Shown here one piece after another: positions 12,648 through 22,400 of a stretch of 64,000 bases of DNA (position 1 is the stretch's first letter; every line of letters begins with the position of its first letter). The DNA comes from Escherichia coli. Its GTDB lineage: Bacteria > Pseudomonadota > Gammaproteobacteria > Enterobacterales > Enterobacteriaceae. The stretch lies in NCBI RefSeq assembly GCF_044324785.1, contig NZ_CP172127.1, one strand, 5' to 3'. Made by a program: the position numbers and the translations under genes. The notes beneath the pieces were generated by a model, which saw nothing but the letters and a program-made list of their open reading frames with translations, was not told the origin of the DNA and did not search any database.

Positions 12648-14030
12648 TTATTGCTGCCAACCGCCGCCTAAGGCGGTATATAAAGAAATTTCGTTAACCT
12701 GACGGGCATAATTCAGGTCAAGTAAAGTTTGTCGGGTTGCAAATAAAGAACGCTCAGCATCCAGCACTTCCAGATAACTTACCGCGCCGTGCTGATATAA
12801 TGCCCGCGCCCGTTGCAAAGTAATTTGCAGCGACGCCAGATAACGCTGCTGGGCGCTAATTTGATCGTTCAGGCTTTGACGTAATGCCAGCGCATCTGCC
12901 ACTTCTTTAAAGGCGTTCTGGATTTTCTGTTCATAATTCACCACCGACTGCTGCTGGCGAATTTCGGCGATATCCAGATTGGCCTGGTTACGTCCGGCAT
13001 TAAAAATGGGGATCTCAATTTTGGGTATAAAATTCCACATCCCGCTGCTGGCGTTAAATAATGACGACAGATCGCTGCTGGCGGTTGATATTCCGCTGGT
13101 CAGGCTTATAGATGGGAAAAATGCCGCGCGTGCGGCCCCAATATTGGCATTAGCCGCCATTAACGCGTGTTCAGCTTCCATAATATCCGGGCGCTGCAAT
13201 AAGATTTGCGACGACAAGCCCGCCGGTAATTGAACGCTTTGCAGGCTGTCGCTGTTTACTGTCTGCGCTTGCGGCAGCTTGCCGTAGCTTCCCAATAACA
13301 GTTGCAATGCATTATTCGCCTGCGCCAGTTCCCCCTGACGTTTAGCGATGTCGCTGCGGGTACTTTCAATCACCCCGCGAGCCTGTTCCAGCGCCAGAAC
13401 ATTACTGCTACCTGTCAACAGTTGTTTTTCGACAAACGCATATGACTGCTGATAATTACGCAGCGTTTCTTCGGCTATTTGCAATTGCGCATACGCCAGC
13501 TGCTGATTGAAATAGCTTTGCGCGACATTAGAAACCAGCAGAATATGCACCGCGCGCTGGGCTTCCTCAGTGGCTAAATAATTTTGTCGTTCGGCTTCGC
13601 TCATGTTCTTTAAGCGACCGAAAAAATCGAGATCAAAGCTGGCGTTAAGGCCGGTCGAGAACTCCCGCGTCGTGGCTGAATCGCCTTTAAGATTGCCGCT
13701 CCAGCTGCCGCTGCCCTCGCCATTGAGCTGTGGGTAGCGGTCGGCATCGGTCAGACGATATTGCGCCCGCGCTTCCTGCACTTTCAGCGTCGCCATGCGC
13801 AAATCCCGGTTATTCACCAGCGCCTCGCTAATCAGCATCTTCACCTGGTTATCAACAAAAAAGGTGCGCCAGCCCGCGTTCTGGTAGTTATCTGCTGCGT
13901 TAACCAGGCCGTTCTGGTTGAGTGAGAACTGCTGCGGCACGGGCATTGCCGGGCGCTGATAATCCGGTGCCAGTGAACAACCGGTTAGCGCAAGGGCCAC
14001 ACAAAATGGCAGAAGTTTACAAGGAGACAT
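12648..14030 (-). CDS. cusC: Cu(I)/Ag(I) efflux outer-membrane factor CusC
   Basis: 460-aa ORF starting MSPCKLLPFCVALALTGC (lipobox); OMF family; first gene of cusCFBA. Confidence 0.9.
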   Translation of the reverse strand: MSPCKLLPFCVALALTGCSLAPDYQRPAMPVPQQFSLNQNGLVNAADNYQNAGWRTFFVDNQVKMLISEALVNNRDLRMATLKVQEARAQYRLTDADRYPQLNGEGSGSWSGNLKGDSATTREFSTGLNASFDLDFFGRLKNMSEAERQNYLATEEAQRAVHILLVSNVAQSYFNQQLAYAQLQIAEETLRNYQQSYAFVEKQLLTGSSNVLALEQARGVIESTRSDIAKRQGELAQANNALQLLLGSYGKLPQAQTVNSDSLQSVQLPAGLSSQILLQRPDIMEAEHALMAANANIGAARAAFFPSISLTSGISTASSDLSSLFNASSGMWNFIPKIEIPIFNAGRNQANLDIAEIRQQQSVVNYEQKIQNAFKEVADALALRQSLNDQISAQQRYLASLQITLQRARALYQHGAVSYLEVLDAERSLFATRQTLLDLNYARQVNEISLYTALGGGWQQ

Positions 14031-14099
14031 AGGCTCATAATTTCTGGTGATTTTATGCCGCCAACTTTACTCGCCAGGCTCTGATTTTCCGGTGACAGG

Positions 14100-14121
14100 A
14101 AAATGACAAAATTGTCATTTT
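14100..14121. promoter_or_regulatory. CusR box (AAAATGACAAAATTGTCATTTT) in the divergent cusC/cusR promoter region
   Basis: Perfect palindrome seen in the 156-bp cusC-cusR intergenic region; matches the known CusR operator as I recall it. Confidence 0.75.
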
Positions 14122-14186
14122 GCCAATAAGCGATTGCCATCTGATCCCGCTACTCTAGAATTGCCCGGGCAACATGCGGAGGAAAT

Positions 14187-14870
14187 ATGAAACTGTTGAT
14201 TGTCGAAGATGAAAAGAAAACCGGAGAATACTTGACCAAAGGGTTAACCGAAGCCGGTTTTGTGGTCGATTTGGCCGACAATGGGCTGAATGGCTACCAT
14301 CTGGCGATGACCGGTGATTATGACCTGATAATCCTCGATATTATGCTGCCGGACGTGAACGGCTGGGATATCGTGCGCATGTTGCGCTCCGCCAATAAAG
14401 GGATGCCGATTCTGTTGCTTACCGCGCTTGGCACCATTGAACATCGCGTCAAGGGGCTGGAGTTGGGGGCCGATGACTATCTGGTGAAGCCGTTCGCTTT
14501 TGCTGAACTGCTGGCGCGGGTGCGCACTCTCCTGCGGCGCGGGGCGGCGGTGATTATCGAAAGTCAGTTTCAGGTTGCCGATCTGATGGTCGATCTCGTC
14601 AGCCGCAAAGTCACCCGCAGCGGCACGCGCATCACTCTGACCAGTAAAGAATTTACTCTGCTGGAGTTTTTCCTTCGCCATCAGGGCGAAGTGCTGCCCC
14701 GCTCGCTTATCGCCTCGCAGGTATGGGACATGAATTTCGACAGCGACACTAACGCCATTGATGTGGCGGTGAAGCGGCTACGCGGCAAAATCGACAACGA
14801 CTTTGAGCCGAAGCTGATTCAAACCGTGCGCGGCGTGGGTTACATGCTTGAGGTGCCGGATGGTCAGTAA
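14187..14870 (+). CDS. cusR: Copper-responsive two-component response regulator CusR (OmpR family)
   Basis: 227-aa [23 protein letters not shown]..., receiver plus winged-helix domains. Confidence 0.9.
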
Positions 14871-16308
14871 GCCATTTCAGCGCCCGTTTTCGCTGGCAAC
14901 CCGCCTGACCTTTTTTATCAGCCTGGCCACCATCGCGGCGTTTTTCGCCTTTGCATGGATCATGATCCACTCAGTAAAAGTGCATTTTGCCGAGCAGGAT
15001 ATTAATGATTTAAAAGAGATTAGCGCCACACTCAAGCGCGTTCTTAATCATCCCGAAGAGACACAAGCCCGACGCTTAATGACGCTGGAAGATATCGTCA
15101 GTGGTTATTCCAACGTGTTGATTTCCCTGGCAGATAGCCACGGTAAAACGGTATATCACTCCCCCGGTGCGCCCGATATCCGCGAGTTTGCACGTGATGC
15201 CATACCCGATAAAGACGCGCGGGGCGGCGAGGTGTATCTCCTTTCCGGCCCGACAATGATGATGCCGGGCCACGGTCACGGGCATATGGAACACAGCAAC
15301 TGGCGGATGATTAACTTGCCGATTGGCCCGTTGGTGGACGGCAAACCGATTTATACGCTCTACATCGCGCTTTCGATCGATTTTCATCTTCATTACATAA
15401 ATGATTTGATGAATAAACTTATTATGACCGCATCGATCATCAGCATCCTGATCGTCTTTATCGTGCTATTGGCGGTACATAAAGGTCACGCGCCGATCCG
15501 CAGCGTCAGCCGTCAAATCCAGAATATCACCTCGAAAGATCTCGACGTTCGCCTTGACCCGCAGACCGTGCCGATTGAGCTGGAACAGTTGGTACTGTCG
15601 TTCAACCATATGATCGAGCGTATTGAGGATGTCTTTACCCGCCAGTCCAATTTCTCAGCGGATATCGCCCACGAAATTCGTACACCAATTACGAATCTCA
15701 TAACGCAAACGGAAATCGCCCTCAGCCAGTCGCGCAGCCAGAAGGAGCTGGAAGATGTGCTCTACTCTAATCTCGAAGAGCTGACGCGAATGGCGAAAAT
15801 GGTCAGCGATATGTTGTTTCTCGCCCAGGCCGATAACAACCAGTTAATCCCCGAAAAGAAAATGCTCAACCTGGCGGATGAAGTCGGCAAAGTGTTCGAT
15901 TTTTTCGAGGCGTTAGCGGAAGATCGCGGCGTGGAGTTGCGGTTTGTTGGTGACGAGTGTCAGGTTGCGGGCGATCCGCTGATGTTGCGTCGGGCGTTAA
16001 GCAACCTGCTTTCGAACGCCCTGCGTTATACGCCACCCGGAGAGGCAATTGTTGTGCGCTGCCAGACGGTCGATCACCAGGTGCAAGTTACCGTCGAAAA
16101 CCCCGGTACGCCCATTGCGCCCGAGCACTTACCGCGATTGTTTGACCGTTTCTATCGCGTTGACCCCTCCCGTCAGCGAAAAGGCGAAGGTAGCGGCATT
16201 GGTCTGGCGATAGTGAAATCGATAGTTGTCGCGCATAAAGGCACGGTTGCGGTAACGTCAGATGCGCGGGGGACAAGGTTTATGATCAAACTACCGGAGA
16301 AAGGTTAA
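14860..16308 (+). CDS. cusS: Copper-sensing histidine kinase CusS
   Basis: ORF 14848..16308; ATG at 14860 ([19 protein letters not shown]...) overlaps the cusR stop; two TM segments, HAMP/HisKA/HATPase_c. Confidence 0.85.
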
Positions 16309-17051
16309 TTAGTTAGTTCAAACTCAAAGAGTGATGTATCGCCTTCTGTTATTATTTATCAATAAAACAGGGAAGACCTTATTGGTCGTCTGAAATCGAA
16401 GGTTATTCATTTTCGGATATTTACGAGATATTTAGATATGCAATTTAATCAAATTCGTGTTTCTACCAATTGTAGAGCACAATGCTATTACTAAATTTTC
16501 ATCACTATAAAAGAATCGGCTATAATATAAAGCGCAGTCAGGCATCATTAATCTCTATATTATTCACACAATCTATTTATCAAGTGAATTTGATAAATTC
16601 CTAATTTAAAATATTCACTATTAAGCCAGCGTCTAACGACGTTAAGATGGCAATGTGCAGATCATGTTATCAGGGTGGGGCGGTAGCGTATATTCCTTAT
16701 ACAAACCATCATTCATTTCAATAATATTTATTGAGTTATTTATTATTGTGAATAAAAAGACATTACAAATATTGGTTTAACTTTGCATATCAGGTGTTTT
16801 TTTGTTACTCGATGTAATATACGAGCCTGTCCTTAATAACATCGTGAACCCGTCAGTTGAGTTTGTGATTATTTTGTTGACTCAACAGCCCCCCGTTTCT
16901 CTGAAGTAAAATCCCGGACAAAATTCTCACATAACCATGACACTTTTCTGATATTCCCCGGTAACGCCTGAAGCCGGCCCGCTTATCTCATTACCCGACA
17001 TGTTGTACATGCAATATGTGCGGATTATTATTCATTTTCACGGAGGTTGCT

Positions 17052-18953
17052 ATGTCAACCGGATTACGTTTCACACTGGAAGTGGACGGCCTGCCACCGG
17101 ACGCTTTTGCGGTGGTCTCCTTTCATCTCACCCAGTCACTCTCTTCACTTTTTTCCCTAGACCTTTCTCTGGTCAGTCAGCAGGTTCTCTCCCTTGAATT
17201 TGCGCAGGTGCTGGACAAAATGGCCTACCTGACGGTATGGCAGGGCGATGACGTACAGCGCCGGGTGAAAGGCGTGGTGACCTGGTTTGAACTCGGGGAG
17301 AACGACAAAAACCAGATGCTGTACAGCATGAAGGTGCGCCCGCCGCTGTGGCGGGCAGGACTGCGTCAGAACTTCCGTATCTTCCAGAACGAGGACATCA
17401 GAAGCATCCTCGGCACCATACTGCAGGAAAACGACGTCACGGAGTGGAGCCCGCTGTTCAGCGAGCCGCATCCTTCCCGTGAGTTTTGTGTCCAGTACGG
17501 TGAAACCGATTACGACTTTCTCTGCCGGATGGCAGCGGAGGAAGGCATCTTCTTCTATGAGGAGCACGCGCAGAAAAGTACCGACCAGAGTCTGGTGCTG
17601 TGCGACACGGTCCGCTATCTGCCGGAGTCCTTTGAAATCCCCTGGAACCCGAACACCCGTACCGAGGTGAGCACCCTCTGCATCAGCCAGTTCCGCTACA
17701 GCGCACAAATCCGTCCTTCCTCCGTGGTGACCAAAGACTACACCTTTAAACGCCCCGGCTGGGCCGGGCGTTTTGACCAGGAAGGCCAGCATCAGGATTA
17801 CCAGCGCACACAGTATGAAGTGTATGACTGGCCGGGGCGTTTCAAGAGCGCCCACGGGCAGAACTTTGCCCGCTGGCAGATGGACGGCTGGCGAAACAAC
17901 GCAGAAACCGCGCGGGGAATGAGCCGCTCGCCGGAGATATGGCCGGGACGGCGAATTGTGCTGACGGAGCATCCGCAGGCGAACCTGAACCGGGAATGGC
18001 AGGTGGTGGCGAGCGAACTGCACGGCGAACAGCCGCAGGCGGTGCCGGGACGGCGGGGCGCGGGGACGGCGCTGGAGAACCAGTTTGTGGTAATCCCGGC
18101 AGACCGGACGTGGCGGCCACAGCCGAAGCCAAAGCCGTCAGTGGACGGTCCACAGAGCGCCGTCGTGACGGGGCCTGCGGGAGAGGAAATCTTCTGCGAC
18201 GAGCATGGCCGGGTGCGGGTGAAATTCAACTGGGACCGCTATAACCCGGCCAACCAGGACAGCTCGTGCTGGATACGGGTGGCGCAGGCGTGGGCGGGGC
18301 CGGGATTTGGCAACCTGGCGATACCGCGCGTGGGTCAGGAGGTCATTGTGGACTTCCTCAACGGCGACCCAGACCAGCCCATCATCATGGGCCGCACCTA
18401 TCACCAGGAAAACCGCACCCCCGGCAGCCTGCCGGGAACGAAGACGCAGATGACCATCCGCTCCAAAACATATATGGGCAGCGGGTTTAACGAGCTGAAG
18501 TTTGACGATGCAACAGGGAAAGAACAGGTCTACATCCACGCGCAGAAGAACATGGATACCGAGGTGCTCAACGACCGTACCACCACCGTAAAACACGATC
18601 ACCGCGAAACCGTAAAAAATGACCAGACGGTCACGATCCAGGAAGGTAACCGCCTTCTTACGGTGGCAAAAGGCCACAAAATCACAGGCGTACTAAAAGG
18701 GTCCTTATCTGAGGATGTCTTTCAGGACAGAGGCACGATTGCCGGTTCAGTGCATGTTGACGCTGTAAACAATGGTGGCGAAGGCGACGGTATACAGGCT
18801 TATACGGCGATTAAGCAAATTATGCTGGCCGTGGAGGAAAGCAAAATTGCGCTGACGCCGGATGGCATTCAGCTACAGGTCGGGGAATCGACGGTAATCA
18901 GGCTGTCGAAGGATGGCATCACCATCGTGGGCAGTTCTGTTTTCATCAACTGA
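17052..18953 (+). CDS. vgrG: Type VI secretion spike protein VgrG (Rhs-element-associated)
   Basis: ATG at 17052 after GGAGG; 633 aa MSTGLRFTLEVDGLPPDAFAVV... with gp27-like N-terminal and gp5-like beta-helix regions; directly upstream of DUF1795 and rhs genes. Confidence 0.8.
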   Translation: MSTGLRFTLEVDGLPPDAFAVVSFHLTQSLSSLFSLDLSLVSQQVLSLEFAQVLDKMAYLTVWQGDDVQRRVKGVVTWFELGENDKNQMLYSMKVRPPLWRAGLRQNFRIFQNEDIRSILGTILQENDVTEWSPLFSEPHPSREFCVQYGETDYDFLCRMAAEEGIFFYEEHAQKSTDQSLVLCDTVRYLPESFEIPWNPNTRTEVSTLCISQFRYSAQIRPSSVVTKDYTFKRPGWAGRFDQEGQHQDYQRTQYEVYDWPGRFKSAHGQNFARWQMDGWRNNAETARGMSRSPEIWPGRRIVLTEHPQANLNREWQVVASELHGEQPQAVPGRRGAGTALENQFVVIPADRTWRPQPKPKPSVDGPQSAVVTGPAGEEIFCDEHGRVRVKFNWDRYNPANQDSSCWIRVAQAWAGPGFGNLAIPRVGQEVIVDFLNGDPDQPIIMGRTYHQENRTPGSLPGTKTQMTIRSKTYMGSGFNELKFDDATGKEQVYIHAQKNMDTEVLNDRTTTVKHDHRETVKNDQTVTIQEGNRLLTVAKGHKITGVLKGSLSEDVFQDRGTIAGSVHVDAVNNGGEGDGIQAYTAIKQIMLAVEESKIALTPDGIQLQVGESTVIRLSKDGITIVGSSVFIN

Positions 18954-18980
18954 TTCACTCAGATTAACAGGGAGTATTTT

Positions 18981-19442
18981 ATGCAGTTCACTTTTAATGA
19001 AGGTCATATTCAGCTGCCATCGCAATGGCAGGATCAGTCGATGCAGGTCCTGGTGTCCACAGATAACAGTGGCATCAACCTGGTCATTACCCGCGAACCC
19101 GTTCCACAGGGAACCCTGACACCAGAACTGTACCAGGAAACGCTGGCGCTGTACCAGGGCAAACTTGATGGGTACACCGAACATGCCTGCCGGGAAATCA
19201 CTCTGGCAGAGGCCCCGGCCTGGCTGCTGGATTATTCCTGGAACGGTCCGGAAGATGAAGGGAATCAGGGGCGGATTAGCCAGATAGCCGTATTCCAGCG
19301 GCGTGGAGATACGCTGCTGACCTTCACTTTCAGCACCTCCTTATCCCTGAAGAACAGTCAAAAGACGATGCTGCTGGAGGTGATAAAGAGCTTCACCCCG
19401 TTGCCACCGGAGAATGACATCCAAAAGGACCAGCCGCGCTGA
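18981..19442 (+). CDS. DUF1795-family (EagR-like) effector-associated chaperone
   Basis: 153-aa ORF between vgrG and a prePAAR-containing rhs gene, the canonical position of Eag chaperones; assignment is by size and context. Confidence 0.55.
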   Translation: MQFTFNEGHIQLPSQWQDQSMQVLVSTDNSGINLVITREPVPQGTLTPELYQETLALYQGKLDGYTEHACREITLAEAPAWLLDYSWNGPEDEGNQGRISQIAVFQRRGDTLLTFTFSTSLSLKNSQKTMLLEVIKSFTPLPPENDIQKDQPR

Positions 19443-19461
19443 CATAAACGAGGGATAACAC

Positions 19462-22400
19462 ATGAGTGAAGGACCAGGCGGGCCACAGGGAGCGACCGCA
19501 GGCGGTACGCTGGCAATGCGAATGCTGTCACAGCAGGCGATGGTCGCCAGCCAGATGAAACGGGCAGCCAACGACAAAGCCATTGCACAGATGTTGGCAT
19601 CAAAAAAGTCTGGCCCCCCCGCCGCCAGGCTGGGCGATGAAATTCAGCACAAGAGTTTTTTGGGGGCGCTGGCAGGGGCCGTGCTGGGGGCGATAGTGAC
19701 CATCGCAGAAGGTTGCCTGATTATCGCCGCCTGTGCCACCGGCCCTTATGCGCTGGTTCTGGTGCCTGCGCTGATGTATGCCAGCTATAAGGCGAGTGAT
19801 TATGTGGAGGAGAAACAGAACCAGCTTGAATCCTGGATAAACAGCTTTTGTGACAAGGACGGGGCCATCAATACTGGTTCTAAAAATGTAAACATTAACG
19901 GAAAGCCCGCTGCCAGGGCCGCCGTCACACTTCCCCCTCCTCCCCTGACTGAAGCAATACCCTCTCCACCACAGGGGGAACCTTCATGGGGGGATATTGC
20001 CACTGACCTGCTTGAATCGGCAGCGGAAAAAGCAGTGCCACTGGCGAAGGCCTGGGGGAACGCTGTTATCACCCTGACGGACAGCAATGCCAGTTTTATG
20101 GATCGCTTATGTGCAGGCACATCGCTTCTGTTTCCCTACGGCCCGGTATTAATGGAGTTTGCCACCATGGTGGGCGGGCGTGGCGAAATCAAAAAAGACG
20201 TGGATTTCCCGGAAGCCGGTGAAGACACGGCGCTCTGCGACAAGGAGACTAAACCGCCGAGGATAGCCCAGGGCAGCAGCAACGTCTTCATCAACAATCA
20301 GCCTGCCGCGCGCAAGGGCGACAAACTGGAGTGCAGCGCGGCAATCGTGGAAGGTTCGCCGGACGTCTTTATTGGGGGTGAGCAGGTCACCTATCTGGAT
20401 ATCCAGCCGGAGTTCCCGCCGTGGCAGAGAATGATCCTGGGGGGAATAACGATAGCCAGCTATCTTCTGCCGCCAGCGGGACTGCTGGGAAAAATGAAGA
20501 ATCTGGCGAGACTCGGCAAACTGGGAAACCTGCTGGGGAAAAGCGGGAAGCTGCTGGGCGCAAAACTCGGCGCATTGCTGAGCAGAACAAAAAATGCCCT
20601 GAAAAATACGTATAACGTCCTGAAAAAGTTTATCAAAGATCCGGTTGACCCGGTAACCGGCGCGTACTGCGACGAACGTACCGACTTCACCCTGGGCCAG
20701 ACCCTCCCCCTCTCCTTCACCCGTTTCCACAGTTCTGTACTGCCACTGCATGGCCTGACGGGCGTGGGCTGGAGCGACTCCTGGAGCGAATACGCCTGGG
20801 TGCGTGAACAGGGAAACCGGGTGGATATCATCAGCCAGGGAGCCACGCTGTACTTTGCCTTCGACGGAGACAGTGATACGGCGGTTAACCCGTATCACGC
20901 CCAGTATATCCTGCGCCGCCGCGACGATTACCTGGAGCTGTTCGACCGTGATGCCCTGAGCAGCCGCTTCTTTTATGACGCCTTTCCGGGAATGCGCCTG
21001 CGCCACCAGGTGACCGGCGATACCAATGATGACCGCCTGGCACACAGCCCCGGTGACCGGATGTACATGCTGGGCGGAATGAGTGACACCGCCAGCAACC
21101 GCATCACGTTTGAGCGCGACAGTCAGTACCGGATCACGGGTGTCAGTCACACCGACGGGATCCGGCTTAAACTGACGTACCACGCCAGCGGCTACCTGAA
21201 AGCCATTCACCGCACGGATAACGGCATACAGACGCTGGCGACCTACGAACAGGACGAACGGGGACGGCTGACAGAAGCGGATGCGCGGCTGGACTACCAC
21301 CTGTTTTATGAGTACGACGATGCGGACCGGATCATCCGCTGGTCCGATAACGACCAGACGTGGAGCCGTTTCACCTACGATGCACAGGGCCGGTGCGTGA
21401 CCGTCACCGGGGCGGAAGGCTATTACAACGCCACGCTGGACTATGGTGACGGCTGCACTTCCGTGACGGACGGCAAGGGCATTCACCGTTATTACTATGA
21501 TCCTGACGGCAATATCCTGCGGGAAGACGCGCCGGACGGCAGTACCACCACGTATGAATGGGATGAATTCCATCACCTGCTGGCCCGCCACTCCCCTGCC
21601 GGACGGGTGGAGAAATTTGAATACAACGCCGTACACGGTCAGTTAAGCCGTTACACGGCGGCAGACGGCGCGGTGTGGCAGTACCGCTATGATGAGCGCG
21701 GCCTGCTCAGCAACATCACCGACCCTGCCGGGCAGACGTGGACACAGCAGTGTGATGAACGCGGCCTGCCGGTAAGTCTGGTGTCGCCACAGGGCGAAGA
21801 GACCCGGCTGGCGTACACGCCACAGGGGCTGCTGTCGGGGATATTCCGCCAGGATGAACGGCGTCTGGGCATAGAGTACGACCACCACAACCGGCCGGAA
21901 ACACTCACCGACGTGATGGGCCGTGAACACCACACCGAATACAGCGGTCACGACCTGCCGGTGAAGATGCGCGGCCCCGGCGGTCAGTCAGTGCGGTTAC
22001 AGTGGCAGCAGCACCATAAACTGAGTGGCCTTGAGCGGGCAGGAACCGGCGCGGAAGGATTCCGCTACGACCGCCACGGCAACCTGCTGGCGTACACGGA
22101 CGGTAACGGCGTTGTCTGGACAATGGAATACGGCCCGTTCGATTTGCCGGTGGCGCGAACGGACGGTGAAGGCCACCGCTGGCAGTACCGCTACGATAAA
22201 GACACGCTGCAACTGACAGAAGTCATCAATCCGCAGGGTGAGTCATACCGTTATATTCTCGACAACTGTGGCCGGGTGACGGAAGAGCGTGACTGGGGCG
22301 GCGTGGTCTGGCGTTACCGCTATGACGCCGATGGCCTGTGTACCGCCAGGGTTAACGGCCTGGAGGAAACTATCCTCTACAGCCGGGACGCCGCAGGCCG

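Noticed and set aside
17157-18677. Minus-strand ORFs of 103-288 aa overlapping vgrG
   Set aside because: Antisense to vgrG in a GC-rich segment; Arg/Pro/Ala-rich translations without recognisable features
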